Source of the DNA: a bacterium
Lineage (GTDB): Bacteria; Fidelibacterota; Marinisomatia; Marinisomatales; JAHJCW01
Reading direction: 5' to 3'
DNA: 64,000 nucleotides
Assembly: GCA_028282845.1 (NCBI GenBank)
Contig: JANQGY010000005.1
Location: 193,010 to 257,009, forward strand
Positions within the stretch are counted from its first letter, which is position 1. Every line of letters begins with the position of its first letter. Shown one piece after another: positions 29,801 to 37,806 of the stretch. The notes under the pieces were generated by a model. It was not told where the DNA came from. It ran no database searches and worked only from the letters and a program-made list of their open reading frames with translations. A program made the translations under genes and the position numbers.

Positions 29801-29879
29801 CTTGCGTCAACAATGCTTGTTGAGTTGCTAATCCGCGCATCTGCGAAAAATTAGAATGGACGTTTAAATGTGTGAACAT
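26826..29879 (-). CDS. dnaE2: error-prone DNA polymerase III alpha homolog DnaE2 (ImuC)
   Basis: 1017 aa. PHP N-terminus MFTHLNVHSNFSQMRG. Pol III alpha core. Lies directly downstream of an ImuB-like gene and lexA. Confidence 0.85.
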   Translation of the reverse strand: MFTHLNVHSNFSQMRGLATQQALLTQAKKYGMSHLALTETNGLWGFIRFVQHANAAKIKPIAGVNIVTPKDDVILLAENQVGYENMCRAISKVHDNPNRPITEILSAGHSGLFFLAHQKSTLEVLSKFIPNSNLFIELRPGLEETRMHALSKQMKLELVVTGDVYFLHPDDQKSHKVLRAIENNSTLSDVDTSDVKSEQHWFRNERDMVQLFPNSLEAINNSHYLAERCKTDWKFLNTVFPHLSLKDTYKSNIRLRELVERGARERYGKITSKVRERIEHEMSPIGSKGFAPYFLIVHDIVKQTRATIGRGSGAASIISYVLYITQVDPIKYNLQFERFIHPERENMPDIDIDFPWDERDDILESIFKKHTLERTAMVASQVFLRPRSAVREISKVHGLSNEEIKSITKRIGYHRSRTDLAKWVSTDSRFANAHIDETLLDILRQSEKIMGAFRYPSVHPGGIIIVPDEIRKYVPVLTAPKGVQIVEWEKDQVEDSGLLKIDILGNRSLAVVRDTIKQVNLNHGQKAANSRYVNYHQIQPIGDSKTEELMKAGRTMGVFYIESPATRQLLAKSRVVDFEHVVIYSSIIRPAANRFTNIMLERIHGKPWKLQHPDLAFLKESYGIMVYEEQVSMAARVFAGFSYAEADALRKTMTRDSMQHIIPGWKKKFMRRAHERGYSDKLINEVWDMIASFVGYSFCKPHSASYAMLSFTCAYLKAHFTAEFLAAVISNQGGFYSTYAYLSEARRFGIKILSPHINRSNKEYKGRDKQIRIGFMSIKGLQGKAVQAVLDERKAGDFNSLDDFLLRMDLDLADAMAFTNAGCFDEIEPELSHKEIAYRVAHFYLSDGSTEAVTARPSKKPRTWEEKRELEYKTFGFPLSSHPLEPYWPIINKWIKKACDIPKYVGKSINLAGVYITRKETQTSKHDPMEFLTLEDETDIYECVLFPEAFRQYGDLLNWEKLFLVRGKVEKAFGVHSITVEKLSSLSKNANKIKPDSTELQSSKNIKKSMQVFAAPW

Positions 29880-29889
29880 GTCGCTATTG

Positions 29890-31119
29890 TTAAGATATCC
29901 AAACAGGGGAACTTTGATCTAATACTTTATCAAATTTTTGGATCCAACAGGAATTCTGTTTAGGAATATTACCCAAAGCTGAGGCCGAATGGATGCTGTT
30001 GGCGCCGTGTTTGCGGCGTATTATATCTAATGCTTTTGATAATGCTTGGTTTTTCTTTACAGTAGTTTCAAATAGCGAGACCTGATCGGCAAAGTGAACA
30101 AATTTTGATGCATCTATTATTATTGTACGGACACGGTTGCGGCGGTAATTCGCGAGATCAAACAAGCGATAGCACGCCTCAACAACGGAGTTGTCATGAT
30201 TGTTATGAACTGAACCATAGCGCGCCGAACGTAATCCATCAGTATAGTGAATTTCGAGCTTAACCCTTTTAGATATTTGCTGTCGTTTGCGCAACTGAAA
30301 AGCAATGTGCTCGGACATTGTTTTTATTATGGAACGCAGAATTGATTGGTCGTTGGTGTCACGTGGAATCACGACCTGTTCAGTAATGTGGTCGCGCATA
30401 ATTGGCGGTCGTACTGCCGAAGTATCTTGCCCTTTTGTTTCTCGGCTTACTTGTTTATAGTTTCTGCCAAAGATCACTGCTGCTTCTCGTTGATTTTGTG
30501 TGATTCTTTGAATATCTCGAATACGATTCAGATATAGGAACTCTACTATTTTCTTAACCTGTGGTATATGGACGGATGGTAAAACGGGTGAGTTTAGCGG
30601 TGATAGGAACCTGGACTCTTCCCCGAAGTTTATTTCATATATCTTTTCCGGAACAACGGCTGTGGAAATGCGACTGACCAACTTGTTGATGCTAATCCCG
30701 ACCGCGCTATTCAAACTTGTTTTATCGGCAACTATCTTTGCGACCGAGTAGCCCGCCTGCTGATAGCTTGGATACAGATGCTTCATGCCAGTCATATCAA
30801 GATAGAACTGACCGTAGTCGGCCGGCTCCGCAATTGGTGTAAATGTTGACACTGCTTTGTAAATGTAGGTATTCAGTCGGGAATAAAGCGATCTGTTGTA
30901 AGGAAGGAGCAAAGCGCTGTGACTCATTTTGCGCGCTAATGATAGTTTCATTCCAAGGTATAACCCCTCATCCCGCGCCTCCTGTGAGGCAGCTACGATT
31001 GTTCCATCCTGCTGCTGTGACGAAATTATCGCAACTGGGCGTGTGCGCAAAGAAGCATCCATCAGGCGCTCAGCCTGTAACTCAAAATTCCTTAAGCGTA
31101 CATGAAAGATAGAAGACAT
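29890..31119 (-). CDS. imuB: ImuB-like inactive Y-family DNA polymerase
   Basis: Y-family layout, but the catalytic carboxylates are replaced: IFHVRLRNFELQAE versus the canonical IxHVDMDxFFAxVE, and the SIDE motif is absent (GQFYLDMTG). Confidence 0.75.
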   Translation of the reverse strand: MSSIFHVRLRNFELQAERLMDASLRTRPVAIISSQQQDGTIVAASQEARDEGLYLGMKLSLARKMSHSALLLPYNRSLYSRLNTYIYKAVSTFTPIAEPADYGQFYLDMTGMKHLYPSYQQAGYSVAKIVADKTSLNSAVGISINKLVSRISTAVVPEKIYEINFGEESRFLSPLNSPVLPSVHIPQVKKIVEFLYLNRIRDIQRITQNQREAAVIFGRNYKQVSRETKGQDTSAVRPPIMRDHITEQVVIPRDTNDQSILRSIIKTMSEHIAFQLRKRQQISKRVKLEIHYTDGLRSARYGSVHNNHDNSVVEACYRLFDLANYRRNRVRTIIIDASKFVHFADQVSLFETTVKKNQALSKALDIIRRKHGANSIHSASALGNIPKQNSCWIQKFDKVLDQSSPVWIS

Positions 31120-31124
31120 TATTT

Positions 31125-31150
31125 ACCACCAAGGCTCTAAGACATGAAGA
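31125..31150. repeat. 3'-flank arm of the inverted repeat bracketing the second GxxExxY gene
   Basis: ACCACCAAGGCTCTAAGACATGAAGA matches the reverse complement of 31572-31599 (ACCACCAAGACGCAAAGAACACCAAGA) in about 21 of 27 positions. The first 9 nt are identical. Confidence 0.6.
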
Positions 31151-31173
31151 TATTCTTGGATAAAATCTTAATA

Positions 31174-31605
31174 CTAATTAATAATTCGCTTTATTCCATT
31201 TTTTATTAAAGGCACATTGAAGTTTATCAAGAAACCAAGACGATTCTTTGTTAATTTTAAATACGATATTAGTTGAGCCTGAAAAACGGGGTTCATTTGG
31301 TCAACAGCTTTTAATTCAATGACAACAGAGTCTTCGACTAATATGTCAAGCCGGAGTTTTAGATCAATATTTTTACCATCATATAGAAAAGGAATTTCTA
31401 CTTGCGTTTTTGTTTTTAATCCGGCGTTCTTAAGTTCATAAACCAAGCATTTTTCATATATAGACTCTAATAATCCCGGACCAATATTTTTATGAACCCG
31501 ATACACGCAATTGACGATTATTTTACCAATTTGCTCTATATGTTCCGGTAAATTAGATTTTATGTTGATATTTCTTGGTGTTCTTTGCGTCTTGGTGGTT
31601 TCCAT
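31174..31605 (-). CDS. GxxExxY protein (second copy)
   Basis: KIIVNCVYRVHKNIGPGLLESIYEKCLVYELKNAGL...DILVEDSVVIELKA. ATG at 31605. The track start at 31611 is a TTG overlapping the lexA stop (TTGA). Confidence 0.7.
   Translation of the reverse strand: METTKTQRTPRNINIKSNLPEHIEQIGKIIVNCVYRVHKNIGPGLLESIYEKCLVYELKNAGLKTKTQVEIPFLYDGKNIDLKLRLDILVEDSVVIELKAVDQMNPVFQAQLISYLKLTKNRLGFLINFNVPLIKNGIKRIIN
31572..31599. repeat. 5' arm of the inverted repeat (inside codons 2-11, TKTQRTPRN)
   Basis: See 31125-31150. The two arms bracket the whole 0.43-kb gene. Confidence 0.6.
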
Positions 31606-31607
31606 AA

Positions 31608-32213
31608 TCAATACTCCCGGAAAGAGTATAGCACGATCCCGTTGATCTTAAAATCATCGGATTCCTTGACCTTGATAATTGGAAAGTCAGGATTGCGCGG
31701 ATGCAGTTCCACTTTGCCGTTTTTTGGATAATACCTTTTTAGTGTAGCATCGCCGTTTATGAGAGCTACAACGATCTGACCGGATTCGGCCTGTGGTGTT
31801 TTTTTGACAATGATGTAGTCGCCATCCTCAATGTTGTCATCCTGCATCGAGGCACCCTTTACTTTCAGCACAAAATTATCGGGCTTGACAAAGGGTGAAG
31901 GAACGTTGATCGCGCCGGCGTTCTCCAATGCTTCAATCGGTTCACCGGCAGCGATCATTCCTAAGAGCGGTAGAACTGTTGGTACGGCGTGCTCTTCCGC
32001 GAGGGCAAGGGCGCGCTTGCCGTTTGGTCCGCGCGAGCGATGTAAATGCCCATCTTCGGCCAAGGATTTTACATACCAATCAACGGTCCCAAGCGATGCA
32101 AAACCCATGTTGGCCATGATCTCTTCGTAAGACGGAGCCTGCCCTGTTTCGAGGGTATAACGTTGGATGAAATCTAAAAATCGTTGTTTTTTAAATGATA
32201 TTGGCTTTTTCAT
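31608..32213 (-). CDS. lexA: LexA repressor
   Basis: N-terminal wHTH. Ala-Gly cleavage site (MIAAGEP). Ser (VKGASMQ) and Lys (ATLKRYY) catalytic dyad. Confidence 0.9.
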   Translation of the reverse strand: MKKPISFKKQRFLDFIQRYTLETGQAPSYEEIMANMGFASLGTVDWYVKSLAEDGHLHRSRGPNGKRALALAEEHAVPTVLPLLGMIAAGEPIEALENAGAINVPSPFVKPDNFVLKVKGASMQDDNIEDGDYIIVKKTPQAESGQIVVALINGDATLKRYYPKNGKVELHPRNPDFPIIKVKESDDFKINGIVLYSFREY

Positions 32214-32231
32214 AATAAACCCGTAAGTTTC

Positions 32232-32248
32232 TCGTAAGTATTTTACGA
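32232..32248. promoter_or_regulatory. candidate LexA operator TCGTAA-GTATT-TTACGA
   Basis: Perfect 6-bp inverted arms, 19-35 nt upstream of the lexA start, preceded by a direct half-site copy CGTAAGT (32222-32228). Shared with the divergent GyrI-like gene. Confidence 0.45.
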
Positions 32249-32307
32249 TATTTGTTAATAGAAAGCAAATAAAATCTTAGTAATATCAAACGTACAGGAG
32301 TTAAGTA

Positions 32308-32907
32308 ATGGAAAAAAATGATTTGGTAAAACAGGATAAAGACTATTATTCAGCGAAGACGAAACTTGAAATAAAGGAGTTCAAGGAATTAAAATTTTTA
32401 GTGATTATAGGTAAAGGAGAACCGGCCGGTAAAGAATTTAATGCGGCCGTTGAGGCACTTTATCCGCTTGCTTACGGAATAAAAAATATATACAAAAAAC
32501 AGGAAAAGGATTTCACAGTTCCGAAACTTGAAGGACTTTGGTGGGTTAATTCGGACAAAAATGCTTTAGAAGTTCCGAGAAGTGAGTGGCATTGGAAACT
32601 TCTGATAAGAATGCCGGATTTTGTAACCGGAGAAAAATTTGAACAAGCCAAAGTTGAAGTAATTAATAAAAAGGGCATCCACAAAATAAATGAGATTCAA
32701 TTTGAAGAAATAACCGAAGGCAAATGTGTTCAGATATTACATATTGGTCCTTACTCAACTGAACCTGAGACCATAGAAAATATGAAAACATTTATGCAGG
32801 ATAACAAGCTTGTTGAGAATGGATTACACCATGAAATATATCTTTCCGATCCAAGAAAGACAGCTCCTGAAAAAATAAAAACAATTCTAAGGCAACCGGT
32901 TAAATAA
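32308..32907 (+). CDS. GyrI-like small-molecule-binding domain protein
   Basis: 199 aa. Motifs GKGEP.., EALYPLAYGIK, LEGLWW, WKLLIRMPDFV and HEIYLSDPRKTAPEK are typical of the GyrI-like/SbmC-like fold. Confidence 0.65.
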   Translation: MEKNDLVKQDKDYYSAKTKLEIKEFKELKFLVIIGKGEPAGKEFNAAVEALYPLAYGIKNIYKKQEKDFTVPKLEGLWWVNSDKNALEVPRSEWHWKLLIRMPDFVTGEKFEQAKVEVINKKGIHKINEIQFEEITEGKCVQILHIGPYSTEPETIENMKTFMQDNKLVENGLHHEIYLSDPRKTAPEKIKTILRQPVK

Positions 32908-32918
32908 GGAGAACGAAC

Positions 32919-33677
32919 ATGAGCAGTATTAAGCTCATTGAAGTAACACCTGACAACATAGATGAATACGGGATGTTCTGTAATAAGAATCCCAAATCGG
33001 AGGGATACAAACAGAAAGCCAAATGGTATTCAGATGTTTTTGATCAGGGTGTTAGAATGAACATCGCCATTAAAGAAAATGGCGAAAAAATCGGATTTAT
33101 AGAATATGTTCCGGCTGAGTACGCGTGGCGACCGATTGATGCACCCGGATATATGTTTATTCACTGTATGTTTATTTACCCCAACAAGAATAAAAATCAG
33201 GGCTACGGCTCACAGATGGTTAAAAAATGTGAAGAAGATACCAAGCAGTTGGGTATGAAAGGCGTAGCAGTTATGACAAGCAAGGGACCATGGATTACCA
33301 ACAAAACATTGTTCATTAAAAATGGCTATGAGGTAGTGGATAAGAATGGTCGTTTTGAATTGTGTGTAAAGAAATTTGATGAATCGGCTGTAAATCCAAA
33401 AATGTTAAAATGGCAAGACAACGCAACTTCAAATAAAGGTTGGAGTTTGATGTATTCCTATCAATGCCCATGGAATTGCAGTTCAGTGGAAACAATGAGT
33501 AAAGTTGCTAAGGAACAAGGCATAGATTTGAAAGTATCAAAATTTACTTCAGCGAAAGAATCGCAAAATGCGCCAACCGGATTTGGAGTATTTAATCTAT
33601 TAAAAGATGATAAAGAATTGGTAGATCATTATATTAGCAAGACAAGGTTTCTCAATATACTTAGGGATGAAAAATAG
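32919..33677 (+). CDS. GNAT N-acetyltransferase with YoaP-like C-terminal domain
   Basis: GNAT core IGFIEY...QGYGSQMVKKCEED, followed by a Cys-containing C-terminal domain (YQCPWN). Confidence 0.6.
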   Translation: MSSIKLIEVTPDNIDEYGMFCNKNPKSEGYKQKAKWYSDVFDQGVRMNIAIKENGEKIGFIEYVPAEYAWRPIDAPGYMFIHCMFIYPNKNKNQGYGSQMVKKCEEDTKQLGMKGVAVMTSKGPWITNKTLFIKNGYEVVDKNGRFELCVKKFDESAVNPKMLKWQDNATSNKGWSLMYSYQCPWNCSSVETMSKVAKEQGIDLKVSKFTSAKESQNAPTGFGVFNLLKDDKELVDHYISKTRFLNILRDEK

Positions 33678-33691
33678 CTATTAGTACATAA

Positions 33692-34258
33692 ATGAGTTAT
33701 TATAAAACTAAAGAATCAGTTGAGGAGTACATCGAATTAGCCAAAGATGTGGACGGGAGGCTTTTAATAGATAAGTTAAGAAAACATCTACAAACTAATT
33801 CTACATTGTTAGAGCTCGGCTCCGGTCCCGGAACAGATTGGAAAATATTGAATGAATATTACAATGTTGTCGGTTCCGATAACTCTAAAGAATTTTTAAA
33901 TCGACTGACTAGTGATAATCCAAATGGCAAGTTTTTAGAATTAGATGCCATAACCTTAGAGACCGACAAACAATTCGACGGTATATATTCAAATAAGGTT
34001 TTGCATCATTTAAATGACAAAGAATTAAGCGCTTCTATAGAACATCAATTTGATATTTTAAATTCCGAAGGAATTATCTGTCATTCATTTTGGGATGGCG
34101 AAGGCTCGGAAGTTTTCAAAGGACTCTATGTACAATATTATAATGAAGAAGCGCTTAAAAAATATTTTGAAAAACACTTCAATATTTTATTATTAGAGAA
34201 ATATCGTGAATTTGAAGATGATGATTCTATTTTATTAATTGCACAGAAAAATATTTAA
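33692..34258 (+). CDS. class I SAM-dependent methyltransferase
   Basis: Motif I LLELGSGPGTD, plus DGIYSNKVLHHL. Confidence 0.75.
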   Translation: MSYYKTKESVEEYIELAKDVDGRLLIDKLRKHLQTNSTLLELGSGPGTDWKILNEYYNVVGSDNSKEFLNRLTSDNPNGKFLELDAITLETDKQFDGIYSNKVLHHLNDKELSASIEHQFDILNSEGIICHSFWDGEGSEVFKGLYVQYYNEEALKKYFEKHFNILLLEKYREFEDDDSILLIAQKNI

Positions 34259-34262
34259 TAAT

Positions 34263-35831
34263 ATGGTACATAAGAAATCACCGGTAGTTTTAATTATTTT
34301 AGATGGCGTTGGTGACAACCCAAACCCGAAAGGTAATGCCGTGCTCGCGGCAAACACGCCATTTATGGATGAGCTGTATGAAAAATATCCGTGGACATTA
34401 TTAGATGCCTCCGGTGAAGCAGTCGGTTTGCCGGCCGGATTTCAAGGTTCGAGCGAGGTTGGACATTTAAGTTTGGGCGCCGGACGAATTATTGAGCAGG
34501 AGCTCAAACGAATTAATGATAAATTGGAAGACGGCTCACTATTTGCCAATGAAAAATGGCAAAACCTAATTAATACATGGAAAAAGAACAATTCACGTTT
34601 CCATTTCTTCGGACTTTTACAGGATGAAGGCGTACATGCCCATCAGGATCATTTATTTAAATTGATGAAGCGTGCCCGCAGGGAATTTCCCGATGGAAAG
34701 ATCGTGATCCATCCCTTCACCGATGGCCGCGATACACCGCCGCGTAGCACCTTGGAATATTTTTACACCTTGCGGCGTGTTATGAGAGAGGTTGGTAACT
34801 GCACAATCGGTACGATCATGGGTCGCTACTATTCTATGGATCGCGTTATGAGTTGGGATTTGACAGACCGCGCTTACCATTGTATTGTGGATGCCGTCGG
34901 CAAAAAGGCCGATGAACCCGAATCCGCCATCAAAGCAACTTATGAGAGCGATAAAACACCAAGCGGTGTTCCGATGTTCGATGAATACATTGAACCGCAT
35001 GTGATTGGAAATTATAGCGGCGTAGCCGATGGCGATGTCATCCTGCACACCAATTATCGGCAGGATCGAGCCATTCAATTAACGCGGGCATTCACTGAAA
35101 CGGATTACCCGGGAGAATTACATCGGAAACCGCAAGTTTTATATGTCGGATTAACCCGCTATTATGATGAATTTGAAGATTTTCTGTTAGGCGGTTTGGA
35201 TGAAGGGACAGTAAATATGGATAACCTCGTTGGACAGGTAATATCGGAAGCCGGAATGAAACAGTTACGCCTTGCCGAAACACAGAAATATCGTCATGTA
35301 ACGAGTTTTTTCAATGGCAAATCCACCACACCGTTTGCGGGTGAAGACCAAGTGGAAGTGCCAAGCCGTTTTGATCCCTCAAGCTTTGCCGACCACCCTG
35401 AAATGGAAGCTTACCACGTGACCGATGAACTGTTGAATCGGATCGAAGACAATCCTTATGATTTTATTTTAGTTAATTATGCCAATGGTGATATGGTTGG
35501 GCATACCGGTGATATGGCAGCCGCCACTAAAGCCGTAGAAGTGTTGGATGAAAACCTCAGTAAAATTATTCCAATATTGTTGGAATTGGACGCCAAAATA
35601 ATTGTTACTGCAGACCATGGTAATTGCGACCAAATGATTGATTATGAGACTGGGCAAGTACGCACAAGTCATTCGCTGAATCTGGTACGCTGTGTTTACA
35701 TTGCTAATAATGTTGAGGGAATTAAACTCAAGGAGCAAGGAATCCTACCTGATTTAGGTCCAACCGTTTTACATCTGCTTGGATTTGATATTCCCAAAGA
35801 AATGACGGTGGAGTGTCTATTAAAATCGTAA
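34263..35831 (+). CDS. gpmI: 2,3-bisphosphoglycerate-independent phosphoglycerate mutase
   Basis: Motifs PVVLIILDGVGDNP, SSEVGHLSLGAGR and TADHGN. The track start at 34239 overlaps the previous gene; the ATG at 34263 is more likely. Confidence 0.9.
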   Translation: MVHKKSPVVLIILDGVGDNPNPKGNAVLAANTPFMDELYEKYPWTLLDASGEAVGLPAGFQGSSEVGHLSLGAGRIIEQELKRINDKLEDGSLFANEKWQNLINTWKKNNSRFHFFGLLQDEGVHAHQDHLFKLMKRARREFPDGKIVIHPFTDGRDTPPRSTLEYFYTLRRVMREVGNCTIGTIMGRYYSMDRVMSWDLTDRAYHCIVDAVGKKADEPESAIKATYESDKTPSGVPMFDEYIEPHVIGNYSGVADGDVILHTNYRQDRAIQLTRAFTETDYPGELHRKPQVLYVGLTRYYDEFEDFLLGGLDEGTVNMDNLVGQVISEAGMKQLRLAETQKYRHVTSFFNGKSTTPFAGEDQVEVPSRFDPSSFADHPEMEAYHVTDELLNRIEDNPYDFILVNYANGDMVGHTGDMAAATKAVEVLDENLSKIIPILLELDAKIIVTADHGNCDQMIDYETGQVRTSHSLNLVRCVYIANNVEGIKLKEQGILPDLGPTVLHLLGFDIPKEMTVECLLKS

Positions 35832-35856
35832 ACCTAAAATAGGAAATCAGAAAAGT

Positions 35857-37794
35857 ATGAGTAAACTTTATTTAATATTAAATATTTCAATCTTTTCTAG
35901 CATTATTTTAGCACAGGCTCCGGATATAGAATGGCAGAACACTATAGGTGGGAATGGTTATGATATATTGAGATCAATTCAACAAACGGAGGATGGTGGG
36001 TATATATTGGGCGGTTATTCTGATTCAGGAAAATCAGGGGATAAGACAGAAGAGAGCCACGGAACAGAAAATGATTATTGGGTGGTAAAAATAAATGATT
36101 TAGGGGATATAGAATGGCAAAATACTATTGGTGGGGGAGATAACGAATTTTTACACTCGATTCAACAAACGGAGGATGGCGGATATATTTTAGGTGGATA
36201 TTCATATTCAACAATGTATTCATATGATGTAGCTGGAGTAAACAATGGTGCTTCTGATTATTGGGTAGTAAAATTAAATGAGTTGGGAGATATTGAGTGG
36301 CAAAATATGATTGGTGGAGATGGCTATGACGAATTAAAATCAATTCAACAGACAACGGATGGCGGATATATTTTGGGTGGGCGTTCTGAATCGGGTATAT
36401 GGGGAAATAAAGACGAGGAAAGTAAAGGAGGTTCAGATTATTGGGTGGTAAAATTGACTAATTCAGGAATAATAGAGTGGCAGAGTACAATTGGCGGAAG
36501 TCAATATGATGACTTGGTTTCAATCCAACAAACAAATGATGGCGGATATATTTTAGGTGGATATTCTAACTCTGGAATATCAGGAGATAAGACTGATAAA
36601 TGTCTTCTTAACTACTATGAATATTGGGTAGTTAAATTGGATGATAGTGGTGATATTTCTTGGGAAAAATCATTTGGTGGAAAAGGAAATAGCTATTTGT
36701 TTACAGTTAATCAGACATCAGATGATGGATATATATTGGGTGGATATTCAGATGCAGAGTTATCTTGCGATAAAAGCGAAGGTACCCAAGGAGGTTATGA
36801 CTATTGGGTCATAAAATTAAGTTCTTTAGGTGGTATTGTATGGCAGAGTACAATTGGCGGAAGTGGTAATGATATATTACAATCAGTTAATCAGACATCA
36901 GATGATGGATATATATTAGGCGGTTATTCAGAATCTGGAATATCAGGTGATAAAACTGATGCCAATATGGGAAACACTGATTATTGGATAATAAAGTTGA
37001 CTAATTGGGGCACTATTGAATGGCAGAAGACCATAGGAGGTATTAACAGTGATAATTTGTATGTAATCCAGCAAACCCAAAACGGAGGATATATATTAGG
37101 TGGCTATTCAGAATCTGGAATATCAGGTGATAAAACTGATGTCAATATGGGAAACACTGATTATTGGATAGTTAAATTAGAAACCTTAACTGACAATATT
37201 CCTCCGGCAACACCAACAATTACGTCCATTTCTGCATTTCAGGGTGGAGTTAAACTTGAATGGACACAAATTGTGGAACAGGATTTATCTCATTATAACA
37301 TATATAGAAGTAAACTTGATGGTTTCAACCCATCTTCATCTAATAAAATAGCTATAGTTGACAAGTCTTTAACTTATTATAATGATGTATCTAATATAGA
37401 TTCATATGAAGTTTACTATTATAAAATATCTGCTGAAGATAATACGAGTAACGAAAGTGAGATATCTGATCAGGCTACAGTGACTACTCTAAATACATTA
37501 AATGAAAAGTTAGCAACCAATTACATACTAAATCAGAATGTGCCAAATCCATTCAATCCTAGCACTACAATAAATTATAGTATAGGAAGTGACAGTTATG
37601 TTAAAATAGAGATATTTGATATTTCAGGTAAGTTAATATCTACTCTTCAAAACAATTTTCAAACGAAAGGATGGCATTCTGTAGTTTGGAATGGAAACGA
37701 TAAACAGGGGAAGTCTGTTCCTGCCGGAATTTATTTAGGAAAGTTAACATCAGGTAATAAGATACGAACTATCAAATTAATGTTGGTAAAATGA
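35857..37794 (+). CDS. secreted repeat protein (7 x ~60-aa IEWQ..IGG..DGGYILGGYS..DYWVVKL units) + FN3-like domain + T9SS C-terminal sorting domain
   Basis: The repeat is visible in the translation. The C-terminus NQNVPNPFNPSTTINYSI...IFDISGKLISTL...WNGNDKQGKSVPAGIYL is a type-A T9SS/FlgD-Ig tail. Confidence 0.7.
   Translation: MSKLYLILNISIFSSIILAQAPDIEWQNTIGGNGYDILRSIQQTEDGGYILGGYSDSGKSGDKTEESHGTENDYWVVKINDLGDIEWQNTIGGGDNEFLHSIQQTEDGGYILGGYSYSTMYSYDVAGVNNGASDYWVVKLNELGDIEWQNMIGGDGYDELKSIQQTTDGGYILGGRSESGIWGNKDEESKGGSDYWVVKLTNSGIIEWQSTIGGSQYDDLVSIQQTNDGGYILGGYSNSGISGDKTDKCLLNYYEYWVVKLDDSGDISWEKSFGGKGNSYLFTVNQTSDDGYILGGYSDAELSCDKSEGTQGGYDYWVIKLSSLGGIVWQSTIGGSGNDILQSVNQTSDDGYILGGYSESGISGDKTDANMGNTDYWIIKLTNWGTIEWQKTIGGINSDNLYVIQQTQNGGYILGGYSESGISGDKTDVNMGNTDYWIVKLETLTDNIPPATPTITSISAFQGGVKLEWTQIVEQDLSHYNIYRSKLDGFNPSSSNKIAIVDKSLTYYNDVSNIDSYEVYYYKISAEDNTSNESEISDQATVTTLNTLNEKLATNYILNQNVPNPFNPSTTINYSIGSDSYVKIEIFDISGKLISTLQNNFQTKGWHSVVWNGNDKQGKSVPAGIYLGKLTSGNKIRTIKLMLVK
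36907..37170 (+). repeat. near-identical 84-nt intragenic direct repeat (36907-36990 and 37087-37170)
   Basis: The two copies are exactly 180 nt apart and differ at about 3 positions by eye, much less than the other repeat units of the same gene. Confidence 0.7.
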
Positions 37795-37806
37795 TTGAAA
37801 TGATTA

